Assembly: GCA_016342715.1 (NCBI GenBank) | Contig: JAEINW010000003.1 | Span: 604-64,603, forward strand | Source: Salinivirgaceae bacterium | Lineage (GTDB): Bacteria; Bacteroidota; Bacteroidia; Bacteroidales; SZUA-534 | Direction of reading: 5' to 3' | Length of the DNA: 64,000 nt | Shown here: positions 9,582 through 19,500 of the stretch, piece by piece | Layout: the number at the start of each line of letters is the position of its first letter | Position numbering within the stretch: position 1 is the stretch's first letter | Program-made: the position numbers and the translations under genes | The notes under the pieces: model-generated | What the model saw: the letters and a program-made list of their open reading frames with translations, nothing else | Databases searched by the model: none | Told to the model about the DNA's origin: nothing

Positions 9582-10364
9582 CAGATATAGCTTGTCAAAT
9601 TTAACAGTACTTCTTATTCTTTCATCTTGAATTGTAAATTAACGAATAAAAAAGAATTACAAGCTATAAATTTAATCAACAAATATTTAAAATATTTTAC
9701 AAAGATTACAGTTGTATTGTCTTATATTCTTATCAATTGATGTAAAATCCTGTTTCTTGTTGCGAGTAAAAGTAATTATATTTTTAGCTGCATTCACAGT
9801 GAAATAAAACCCAACGGTAATACTATGAAAAGTACTGTATTAGTGACTTGTAAAGTTTTAGTAACCTTCATAGCAAATCAATTTCCAATATTGTGTGATA
9901 ACTGGTCTGTATTTTGGGATATTCGGGACAATTAACAATGTGTAAGAGTACTGAACAATTTAGTATATGTGCAAAACCCAAGGTAAAAATACCGAAACCC
10001 TTGAAGATGATTGTTTTGAGGTTTATAGATATTAGAATTTATTTCTAATTTTGTTAGCTGGATCACCGACTTTCAGTTGGTAAATGTAGGAGGTCATTTC
10101 TTTTACTATTACCGGGGAGATGGCGGAGGTGCGGTAAGAATTGTTAAATGGAGTTTAGATTTGTACCGCCTGCTTCCAGCAGGTGACACACACACCATTT
10201 AATTAACCGGCAATGATGCCAGAGATCCAACTTGTAGCGTCGACTTCTAGTGGGTAAAAAGCAGAGATTTAATTTTGTGTGATTTGTAAAATAAGATTTA
10301 TAGAGTAAAAAAAATTAAGATGATGTCATAAGGTTTTATAAATTTGCATCATAAACGATAAACT

Positions 10365-12044
10365 ATGTCAGACGATAAAAAGATTATATTTTCGATGGTT
10401 GGATTGAGCAAAACCTTTCCACCACAAAAAAAAGTACTGAATAATATTTACCTTTCATTTTTTTACGGTGCCAAAATTGGTATTATTGGATTAAATGGTT
10501 CAGGTAAGTCAACACTATTAAAGATTATTGCTGGAGTTGAAAAAAGTTTTCAGGGCGAAGTGGTTTTCTCACCAGGTTACTCAGTGGGTTTATTGGAACA
10601 GGAACCCGACTTAGACAATTCAAAAACGGTTCGCGAAATTGTTGAAGAAGGAACTGCAGAGGTGGTTGCCTTGCTAAAAGAATACGAAGAGCTGAATCTA
10701 AAGTTCGCAGAACCCATGTCTGATGATGAAATGAATAAACTCATTGAACGTCAAGGGGTATTGACAGATTTGTTAGATCAGCATAATGCCTGGGAATTAG
10801 ACAGTAAATTGGAACGAGCCATGGATGCCTTACGTTGTCCACCTGCCGATTGGAAAATTGAAAACCTATCGGGAGGAGAGCGTCGTCGTGTGGCACTTTG
10901 CCGATTGTTATTACAAGAACCTGATATTTTATTGCTCGATGAGCCTACCAACCACTTGGATGCAGAATCCATTCAATGGTTAGAGATGCATTTGCAGCAA
11001 TACAAAGGAACTGTAATTGCAATAACTCACGATAGATACTTTTTAGATAATGTGGCTGGTTGGATTTTGGAATTAGATCGTGGCGAAGGAATTCCTTGGA
11101 AAGGAAATTACACTTCATGGTTAGAGCAAAAAACAAAAAAATTGGCTCAGGAAGAGAAAACAGAAAGCAAACGAAGAAAAACCCTGGAGCGTGAATTGGA
11201 ATGGGTGCGTATGGCTCCAAAAGCTCGTCATGCCAAATCGAAAGCACGTTTGGGAGCCTACGATAAATTGTTGAATGAGGATACTCAGGACAAAGAAACC
11301 AAATTGGAGATATTTATTCCCAATGGACCGCGTTTGGGTGGAAAAGTTATTGAAGCCCATAAGGTAGCCAAAGCTTTTGATGAAAAATTGTTGTTTGATA
11401 ATTTAGAATTCATATTGCCTCCAAATGGAATTGTTGGAATTATTGGTCCCAATGGGGCAGGTAAAACTACCTTGTTCCGTATGATTATGGGCTTAGAAAA
11501 AGCTGATTCTGGAACTTTCTCAGTAGGCGAAACGGTGAAGATTGGTTATGTAGATCAGTCACATGCAGATATCGATCCGGAAAAATCGATCTATCAAATA
11601 ATTTCTGACGATTCAGAAGAGGTTCGTGTGGGTGGAAAATTGATTAATGCCCGAGCCTATTTGTCACGTTTTAATTTTAGTGGTGGCGATCAAGGGAAAA
11701 AAGCGGGAGTGTTATCGGGTGGTGAACGAAACCGCTTGCATTTAGCAATGACATTAAAATCGGAAGCCAATGTGTTGTTGCTCGATGAACCCAGTAACGA
11801 TATTGATGTAAATACTCTGCGTGCACTTGAAGAAGGTCTGGAGAATTTCGCAGGATGTGCTGTAGTAATTTCTCACGACCGTTGGTTTTTAGACAGAATT
11901 GCCACACATATTTTAGCTTTTGAAGGAAACTCGCAAGTATATTATTTTGAAGGTTCTTACTCAGAATATGAGGAGAATCGTAAAAAACGCTTGGGTGACG
12001 AAGGTCCAAAACGTATTCGTTATAGAAAGTTGACTAAGGATTAG
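10365..12044 (+). CDS. ettA: ABC-F energy-dependent translational throttle protein EttA
   Basis: Two ABC cassettes (GLNGSGKST / LSGGERRRVALCRLL; GPNGAGKTT / LSGGERNRLHLA), an inter-domain linker, 559 aa. Confidence 0.9.
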   Translation: MSDDKKIIFSMVGLSKTFPPQKKVLNNIYLSFFYGAKIGIIGLNGSGKSTLLKIIAGVEKSFQGEVVFSPGYSVGLLEQEPDLDNSKTVREIVEEGTAEVVALLKEYEELNLKFAEPMSDDEMNKLIERQGVLTDLLDQHNAWELDSKLERAMDALRCPPADWKIENLSGGERRRVALCRLLLQEPDILLLDEPTNHLDAESIQWLEMHLQQYKGTVIAITHDRYFLDNVAGWILELDRGEGIPWKGNYTSWLEQKTKKLAQEEKTESKRRKTLERELEWVRMAPKARHAKSKARLGAYDKLLNEDTQDKETKLEIFIPNGPRLGGKVIEAHKVAKAFDEKLLFDNLEFILPPNGIVGIIGPNGAGKTTLFRMIMGLEKADSGTFSVGETVKIGYVDQSHADIDPEKSIYQIISDDSEEVRVGGKLINARAYLSRFNFSGGDQGKKAGVLSGGERNRLHLAMTLKSEANVLLLDEPSNDIDVNTLRALEEGLENFAGCAVVISHDRWFLDRIATHILAFEGNSQVYYFEGSYSEYEENRKKRLGDEGPKRIRYRKLTKD

Positions 12045-12289
12045 TAAAAAAAAGATTCTAAACGAGTAGCGTAAATAATTTAAGAAAATAGGCATGGCTT
12101 AATCTTTTGATAAGCTGTGCTTTGTATTCTGTTTTGTACTTGGAATAAATTACTTTTTATCAATATGATAATTAGTGTATGCGCCGCACGAAAAAAGAGT
12201 CCAATTTATTCCATAGCACCCACCAATGATATTAAAAAATAATTATTCAATTTATCCGCTATTGTACCTAAAATACTTACCTTAGTGGT

Positions 12290-12673
12290 ATGAAATTCAA
12301 AGAGTATTATCTGCAATTTCCGGAAGAAGAACTATGCATTAAGATATTAAAAACCTTAAGAGAACAAAAAGGTTTACTATGCAAAAAATGCGGAAACCAA
12401 ACTCATTACTGGAAAAAGGATAAGAAAAAATTTGAATGTAAACGATGTAAGTTCAGAACATCGTTAAAAACAGGTACTGTTATGGAAAACAGCAATCTGC
12501 CTTTAAGATATTGGTTAGCTACCATATCTTATTTAAATACTACAAAAAAAAATATTTCGGCTTTGAATCTTCAGCAGGAATTTGGACATAAACGCTACGA
12601 ACCTATTTGGTTGATGCTAAAAAAAATAAAAAGTATGCCTGAAACAGATTTTCTTAACATAAAAAATAATTAA
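12290..12673 (+). CDS. IS1595-type transposase N-terminal zinc-ribbon/HTH module only (no DDE domain)
   Basis: CKKCGN..HYW..FECKRCKFRTSLKTGTVMENSNLPLRYW matches the Zn_Tnp_IS1595 style. The ORF ends after 127 aa, and no DDE-encoding sequence follows. Confidence 0.6.
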   Translation: MKFKEYYLQFPEEELCIKILKTLREQKGLLCKKCGNQTHYWKKDKKKFECKRCKFRTSLKTGTVMENSNLPLRYWLATISYLNTTKKNISALNLQQEFGHKRYEPIWLMLKKIKSMPETDFLNIKNN

Positions 12674-12674
12674 A

Positions 12675-12911
12675 ATGACAGTATCGGAAAGAAACAATGG
12701 TTTTGGTCGTGGCAAAGGACAAGGAAGCGGTGGAGGAAGAGGCAGAAATGATGGGGGTGGGTATAGTGTTGGTGGAAATTGCATATGCGCAAAATGTGCT
12801 GCAAAAATTCCTCATCAACAAGGGGTTAAATGTACTACCAAAAAATGTCCAAACTGTGGGCATACCATGATAAGAGAAGAACTTTTAAATGAAAAACGCC
12901 ACAAAGAGTAA
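12675..12911 (+). CDS. Small Gly/Arg-rich zinc-ribbon protein
   Basis: GFGRGKGQGSGGGRGRNDGGG followed by CICAKC..CPNCGHTM. The start codon is 1 nt after the upstream stop. Confidence 0.55.
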   Translation: MTVSERNNGFGRGKGQGSGGGRGRNDGGGYSVGGNCICAKCAAKIPHQQGVKCTTKKCPNCGHTMIREELLNEKRHKE

Positions 12912-12987
12912 TTTTAAACATTACTAAAATGAACCAGATTGTGCAATACATACCATTGATTTGGAAATCTTTTAAAATGTAAAAAAA

Positions 12988-13368
12988 ATGAAAATCAATC
13001 ACATAGCATTGAATATTGAAAACAAGGACGAAATCACCAATTTTTATCAAAACATCCTTTGTTTTAAATTTGAATATGACTTTGATATGCCGTTTAGCCT
13101 GTCGTCTGATATTTTTGGTATAGAAAACAGCACCAAAGTGTATTTAGTAAAAAAAGAAAATACTATTCTCGAATTGTTTATGCATTCGGTAAAATCCAAT
13201 ATTGGATATGCACATATTTGTTTGGATGTTGATAACAGGGAAAACACAGCTGTAAAATGCAATGAGGAAGGATATCCGGTAATAAGAATCGAGCGAAATG
13301 ATAAAACAGATCTTCTTTTTATTAAAGATAAAAACGGAAATATTTTTGAACTTAAAGACAAAAGCTAA
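12988..13368 (+). CDS. VOC / glyoxalase-family protein
   Basis: MKINHIALNIENKDEITNFYQNIL..HICLDV pattern, 126 aa. Confidence 0.65.
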   Translation: MKINHIALNIENKDEITNFYQNILCFKFEYDFDMPFSLSSDIFGIENSTKVYLVKKENTILELFMHSVKSNIGYAHICLDVDNRENTAVKCNEEGYPVIRIERNDKTDLLFIKDKNGNIFELKDKS

Positions 13369-13513
13369 TGAACACTTATACATAATTTTACAAGATGATA
13401 AGAAAGAGTTAAATTATTTAATAAATACTTAATTTAGTAGAGTCTAAGCAAACATTGATAAAATTTATTCTTGAGAGTGTTGAAAATAAATTCTAATTTT
13501 AAATATACGGTAG

Positions 13514-13903
13514 ATGGACAAGTTGGAAATACTGAAACAAGAAGTTTTAAATTGTAAGAAATGTGACTTATATAAAGAACGGAAAAATACTGTTTTCGGT
13601 GATGGAAATACCAATGCTGATATCATGTTAATTAGTGAGAGATCTGGGTATTACGAAGACTTAAAAAGCATTACTTTTATAGGAAAACAAGGACAATTAT
13701 TGAATAAAATATTAGGAGCAAGTGGTTTCAATAGAAAAGAACATGTATTTATTACAAATATTGTAAAATGCAGACCCACCAATAATCGGGATCCATTTTT
13801 GGAAGAAAGAGAAGCCTGTTTACCTTATCTGCATCAACAAATAGAAATAATTGATAGATACCGCGAACTTGTTAATCCTGATCATTTTGCGGAACATTAT
13901 TAA
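13514..13903 (+). pseudogene. Family-4 uracil-DNA glycosylase, degenerate and 3'-truncated
   Basis: CKKCDLYKERKNTVFGDGN and VKCRPTNNRDP are conserved. The GEAPG motif reads SERSG. The ORF stops after QQIEII, so the C-terminal His-motif half is missing. Confidence 0.6.
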
Positions 13904-13934
13904 ATCCTTATCAATACGAAATAATATTACTAAT

Positions 13935-14873
13935 ATGTATAAACATCTTTTTGGTCCGGTGCCTTCGCGACGACTAGGTATGTCGCTGGGGATAGATTTA
14001 ATTCCCAAAAAAGTTTGCTCACTAAACTGCGTTTATTGCGAAGTAGGTAAAACCACAAAACTAACTACTGAGAGGCTGGAATATGTAAAATATAATTCGG
14101 TGATTACTGAACTGAAAAAGTTTATGAGTACTAGCCCTAAAGTTGACTATATTACCTTTTCTGGTTCGGGGGAACCTACCTTAAATGTTAATATTGGAAA
14201 AGTATTGGCATTTATTAAAAAGGAATATCCTAAAATAAAAACTGCTGTGTTAACCAATGGTACGCTTTTCTATGATAAAAAATTAAGAACCGAATTACTG
14301 CTGGCTGATGTTATTTTGCCTTCGTTAGATGCTGCCAGTCAAACCATATTTAATAAGATTGACAGACCGTATGAAAGCCTTAGTATTGATAAATACATTC
14401 AAGGATTAATTGATTTAAGAAAGGAATACAAGGGGAAAATTTGGTTGGAAATACTCTTGTTGAAAGGATATAATGACTCGAATAAAGAATTAAACATGCT
14501 AAAAGATGCCATTTTAAAAATAGAGCCAGATAGCATTCAGCTAAATACTTTAGATCGCCCAGGTACAGTGCAAGGTTTAATTCCTTTAACATCTGATGAA
14601 ATGAATAAAATTATTGATTATTGGAATTTACCAAATATTGAAATTATTGCCAGTCCGCCTACACGTACAAATATTGAATCGTATAAAGGCAACATTGAAA
14701 CAGCAATACTTGAAACGATTGCTCGAAGACCCTGCACTTTGGATGATTTACACAACTTTTTGGGTATTCATGTGAACGAAATAAATAAATATTTAGGTAC
14801 TTTAGAAGTTAAAGGAAAAATAGAAACCGTTAACTTTGGCAGGGGTGTTTTTTACGAATTAATGCATAAATAA
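13935..14873 (+). CDS. Radical SAM protein
   Basis: FGPVPSRRLGMSLGIDL..CSLNCVYCEVG (CxxxCxxC). The start is set at the internal Met; the track ORF begins at 13851. Confidence 0.8.
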   Translation: MYKHLFGPVPSRRLGMSLGIDLIPKKVCSLNCVYCEVGKTTKLTTERLEYVKYNSVITELKKFMSTSPKVDYITFSGSGEPTLNVNIGKVLAFIKKEYPKIKTAVLTNGTLFYDKKLRTELLLADVILPSLDAASQTIFNKIDRPYESLSIDKYIQGLIDLRKEYKGKIWLEILLLKGYNDSNKELNMLKDAILKIEPDSIQLNTLDRPGTVQGLIPLTSDEMNKIIDYWNLPNIEIIASPPTRTNIESYKGNIETAILETIARRPCTLDDLHNFLGIHVNEINKYLGTLEVKGKIETVNFGRGVFYELMHK

Positions 14874-14889
14874 AAGAAAATTGATATTT

Positions 14890-15297
14890 ATGAAAATTAC
14901 AGAAGAAATTAAAGAGTTTTTTAAATCGATTCCAATAATGGCTTTTTCCACAGTAAATAATGAAGGAATTCCTAATGTTGTGATTATTGGCTCAAAAAAA
15001 ATAGTAAACGATGATACTATTTGGGTAATTGATACATTTTTTAATAAAACCAAAGAAAATATTTTACAAAATAACAAGGTGTCCATTGCTTTGTGGCAAG
15101 GCTTAAAAGGCTATCAAATAAAGGGCTCGTCAATTTATCATTCTAATGGAAAAACTTTTGACGATGCTAAAAATTGGATACTGCAATTAAAACCTCAAAA
15201 AATTGTAAAAGGTGTGGTCGAGATTAAAGTTTCTGTAATATTTTCAATAACTCCTTCATACGAAGAAGCAGGTAAAAAGGTAGCTTCCAATAGTTAG
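14890..15297 (+). CDS. Pyridoxamine 5'-phosphate oxidase-like FMN-binding split-barrel protein
   Basis: IMAFSTVNNEGIPNVVIIGS..VSIALW pattern, ~135 aa. Confidence 0.65.
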   Translation: MKITEEIKEFFKSIPIMAFSTVNNEGIPNVVIIGSKKIVNDDTIWVIDTFFNKTKENILQNNKVSIALWQGLKGYQIKGSSIYHSNGKTFDDAKNWILQLKPQKIVKGVVEIKVSVIFSITPSYEEAGKKVASNS

Positions 15298-15346
15298 CTT
15301 ATAATTAGAAGTAAAAAACGGATTAAAAAACTCACAATCAAATATT

Positions 15347-15736
15347 ATGAATGAATTAGAAAGAATAATTAGCAGTATGGATTTTGAATATTTTGGTTCA
15401 GGGCAACACAAAATAAATATTGAATCCTTTTTTAATAAAAAAAATGCTGTTTTTTTAGATGTTAGAGCAAAAGAAGAAGTTGAAACAATGAAACTACAAT
15501 TGAAGCATCATCATCTGGTTACCGAGATACCGCTTCATGAATTACCCTCAAGAATAAATGAATTGCCTAAGAATATATTTGTTGGAGTTTTTTGCTCGAG
15601 TGGAGTAAGAAGTACCATGGCTTTTGCTTATTTAAAAAGCAAAGGATATGAAAATGTTAAAATAATTGAAGGTGGCTATCATGAGCTAATGGATGTGCTT
15701 TTACCGGGTAAATTATTTAAACATCTTAATAAATAA
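15347..15736 (+). CDS. Rhodanese-domain sulfurtransferase
   Basis: FLDVRAKEE.., active-site loop FCSSGVRS, and YENVKIIEGG. Confidence 0.8.
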   Translation: MNELERIISSMDFEYFGSGQHKINIESFFNKKNAVFLDVRAKEEVETMKLQLKHHHLVTEIPLHELPSRINELPKNIFVGVFCSSGVRSTMAFAYLKSKGYENVKIIEGGYHELMDVLLPGKLFKHLNK

Positions 15737-15739
15737 AAA

Positions 15740-16519
15740 ATGAATAGTTGGTTGTTAGCATTGGTTATTTTAATAATTGCTGCAATTATGACCATGTCGG
15801 GTAGGGGTGGCGGTAATTTTTATGTATTAGCTCTTGCACTGGCAGGATTTAGTATGCATGAAGCCGCTACAACAGGACAATTTATTTTGGTCTTATCCTC
15901 ATTATTTGCAACAATATTTTTTGGTAAAAATAAAGTAGTTAGTTGGCAATTGGTGCTAATTATTGGAATTATGACAGGTGTTTCGGCATTTTTTGGTGGG
16001 TTTTTATCTGACATTTTTAATGATAAAATATTAAAAGTGGTGTTTGCTGTCTTTATTTCATTGGCTGCCTTTTTAATGCTAAAACCTTTAGGGAAAGAAG
16101 TGAAGTCAGAAAACAGGTTTATTTTAAAAATATCATCAAATAATGAAATTTACTATTTAAATGTGCTTTATGTAGTACCTGTTGTGTTATTTACAGGCTT
16201 TGTTTCTGGAATGGTTGGTATTTCGGGCGGGTCTTTTCTAGTTCCTTTAATGGTGTTGTTTATTAGAGTGCCTATGAAAATTGCGGTAGGAACATCAACC
16301 ACTTTGGTTATGATTACAGCATTATCAGGTTTTTTAGGGCATTTGAGTTCAGGTCATTTTGATATAAAATTAGCTATTCCTTTGGCAATTGGAGGCATTA
16401 TTGGAGCCATTATAGGAACAAAACTAACGTTAAAAACTAAACCAAAATTTCTTAAAATAATTTTTGCAAGTACATCACTTATTGCCGCATTAATAATGAT
16501 ATATATAGCTTTTTGTTAA
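15740..16519 (+). CDS. TauE/SafE family sulfite/anion exporter
   Basis: Two-repeat polytopic membrane protein (GRGGGNFYV.. and GISGGSFLVPLM). Starts 3 nt after the rhodanese stop. Confidence 0.85.
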   Translation: MNSWLLALVILIIAAIMTMSGRGGGNFYVLALALAGFSMHEAATTGQFILVLSSLFATIFFGKNKVVSWQLVLIIGIMTGVSAFFGGFLSDIFNDKILKVVFAVFISLAAFLMLKPLGKEVKSENRFILKISSNNEIYYLNVLYVVPVVLFTGFVSGMVGISGGSFLVPLMVLFIRVPMKIAVGTSTTLVMITALSGFLGHLSSGHFDIKLAIPLAIGGIIGAIIGTKLTLKTKPKFLKIIFASTSLIAALIMIYIAFC

Positions 16520-16568
16520 TAAAAAACGACCACCAAGTGGATGAAAATATAAAGTCGAATAATAGAAT

Positions 16569-19500
16569 TTATATAATAATTAATCTTTTGGTAAATCTAT
16601 TATTTCCATTAGTAACTTCTATTATATAAATCCCTTTTTCCATATCCGAAGTGTTTATTAAAAATTCATTATTTAATGAGAGCAGACCTGTTTGTATTTT
16701 AATTACGGATCCCATTAGGGTTCGAATTCTCACTATTATATCTTTGTTTTTACTTTGAGGTATTTTAATATTCATCCAATTGTGTGCAGGATTTGGATAA
16801 ATTTCAAGATTGTTAACTTGTTGTGATTCTTTTACTCCAACAGATATTGATACTATTTTTAAATATTCATTTTCGAATCCACAAACAGAATTTAGTGCCT
16901 TTAAGCGAATGTAATAATTGCCCGATTCAAAATATTCATGCATGGGTGCTTCTAAGGTGCTTGTGGTTCCATCATCAAAATCCCAAATGTAAGAGTCGGC
17001 ATAAATGGAATGATTTTTTGTAGTAATGATATTTTCATTTTGTTCAAATGTAAAATATGAAGTGGGTTGTCTGTGTATATATGCAATTATAGGGTTTTTT
17101 TTACTTTCACATATTTCATTGCTATATGAGGCGTAGTAGGTTTTGGAAATTGAAAGTTCAGGTGTTGTAAAAGTGTTTCCAACAAGAAAAGGATCAGTAT
17201 CATCAATAGACTCGTACCAGTTTACTTGATTTGTGCCATTAATAGTAAAAGTAAAACTTGTTTTTATGCAGCTTGAATCAGCCAATGACAATGGAGGCGA
17301 TATTGTTTGGTAAAGTTCAATTGTTTCAGTTTTTGTATCAATACCAAAATAACTATAAACGGTTAATGTTATGTTGTAAACTCCTGGTTCATTGTAATAA
17401 TAGTCAACGTAATTTAAATTTGAAAAATCGCCATTTCCAAAATCCCATAAAATACTATCAAAATAATTAAGTGTAAGGTTGTAAAATTGCACATGGCCTG
17501 AACAATCTGATAAGATATTGTATTTATAATCAGCATTAATGGTTTGATTGTTACTTATTCCAGGGGAACCCCCAATCAATGGGCTTGATCGCCAATTTTC
17601 AGCTAGCGAATTATCAAATGTTTCATCTCTTAATTCAAGTGTATAACCATTTCCATCACACAGTGTAGGCCAGGGTAATTCATCGTTATAATTTACGGCA
17701 TTTATTACTTGCATTTGTGGACTGATAATTCGCACAATGTCAGATTTGTTAGATAACTTAAAGTTTAAATCCCCAGTTCTGTTTGAAATATTTGAATAGA
17801 TATTGCTAAATAAGGTATCGTTCTGATGAACCACAAAATATGATTTTGGATGCAAGATAATGCCATCTATAAATGAAAAAGTATTATCATTTTTGCTATC
17901 CATTATACTCCATCCGGATAAATTTATTGATGAATCAGTTGAATTGTAGATTTCAACCCAATCGCCCGAATTAAGAGTGTCCGATGAATTATAGTTTATT
18001 TCATTAATTATTATTGACTGACTATCAGAGAGTGTATACGAAAACGATGCACCCATATCGGCAAGGGTTCCATCTTCATCTAAGGGTGATAATGGATCTC
18101 CAGCATCTATGCAAGGAGAGAGTGAGCTTAATTCAAAATTAAAAGCAATTTCGTCAACAAATTCTGGGCTGCTGAAAAAATTACCAATTCCGGTTAATTG
18201 TTCTGTATTTGATAAGGAATAATTAATAATAATTGATGAATATTCATCAACGTAATGAGAACTTGAACGTGAATTTGCAAAAATGCAGTTTGATATTATG
18301 GCAGAACCACCACCATCGCCATAGTTTTTCACAAAACAAGCCACGGCAATATCATTTTCATAAAAGGTATTGTTCGAAATGGTTCCAAAGGAGTAATAAT
18401 CTTTAATTCCGACTCCCTGTCCGCAATACGAAATAATATTGTTTTTGATTATTGCAGTTGAAGCTTGTCCGATAGATATTCCCTTATCAATACAATTAGT
18501 TATAGTATTTCCTTCAATTAATATATTTTTCGCATCTTCTCCTAAATCAATTCCATCGCTATTATATCCAGTAAAACCACTTATTATATTGTTACGAATA
18601 ATTCCACCTGATAAATTGTCGTAATCAATAGCATCTGCATCATAGGATCCATTGCCAATTAATTTTGAATTTTCAACCAAAGCCGAATCAGCATACTTTA
18701 TATTAATTAAATCACTTGCAACCGATGAGTGAAAAAAACTGTTATGTATTTCAATTTTACCATATTCAGAATAAAAGGGTTGCTTTTCACCATTAATGGT
18801 TAACCCATTTATCAGTAAATTAGTATTATATGATGATAGCGTTGAGAAATGTTTTTTAAGATCGGAACCACATGTGCCATTAATTAATTGCACATGATTT
18901 AATATTGACTTACCTGTTCCGGAATCAAAACATAAACCACCCCAGTTTTTTGTATTAATAAACGAGCTTTCTTTAATTATAATTGGATTAGTTGCACTTC
19001 CATTAAGTTCGAGTGTTCCAAAAATAAAAATATTGCTTTTTTCAAACATTTTTATGGTTACCCCAGCTTCCACTATTAATTTTGCATTTGCTTGAATGGT
19101 AATGTCTCCAGATGAAAAGTAAGGAGAATTTTCTTGAGTTAATTCATAATTAGATGTTATGACCGAAGGAATATAGTTTTGATTATCTGGTTCAAAAACT
19201 GCAATTAAGGTATCGATTCCAATTTCAATACGGTTGATGATTTGGTTGGTGTCATTTGTGTTTTTCCAAAAGGCAAATTTATATCCGGGTTTTGCACTTG
19301 CCTGTATATCGGTTGAAATTCCAGTAAAGTATTCGCCTGTATTTATCGAGTCAGTTATAAAATGGTCATAAACATAAATATTTCCTTTTTGTATAGGTTC
19401 TACCTCAAAAGTAATACTATCCATTTCTGAAAGGTTAAAAAAGCTTGTGAGGTGTTGTTTTTGGTATGAGGGTCTGTTTTCAGCAAAAGTTTTCATAATT

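Noticed and set aside
9825-9935. 36-codon ORF (MKSTVLVTCKVLVTFIANQFPILCDNWSVFWDIRDN) upstream of ettA
   Set aside because: The only evidence is an open frame in an AT-rich spacer. It has no motif or coupling to neighbours, so it is not reported as a feature.
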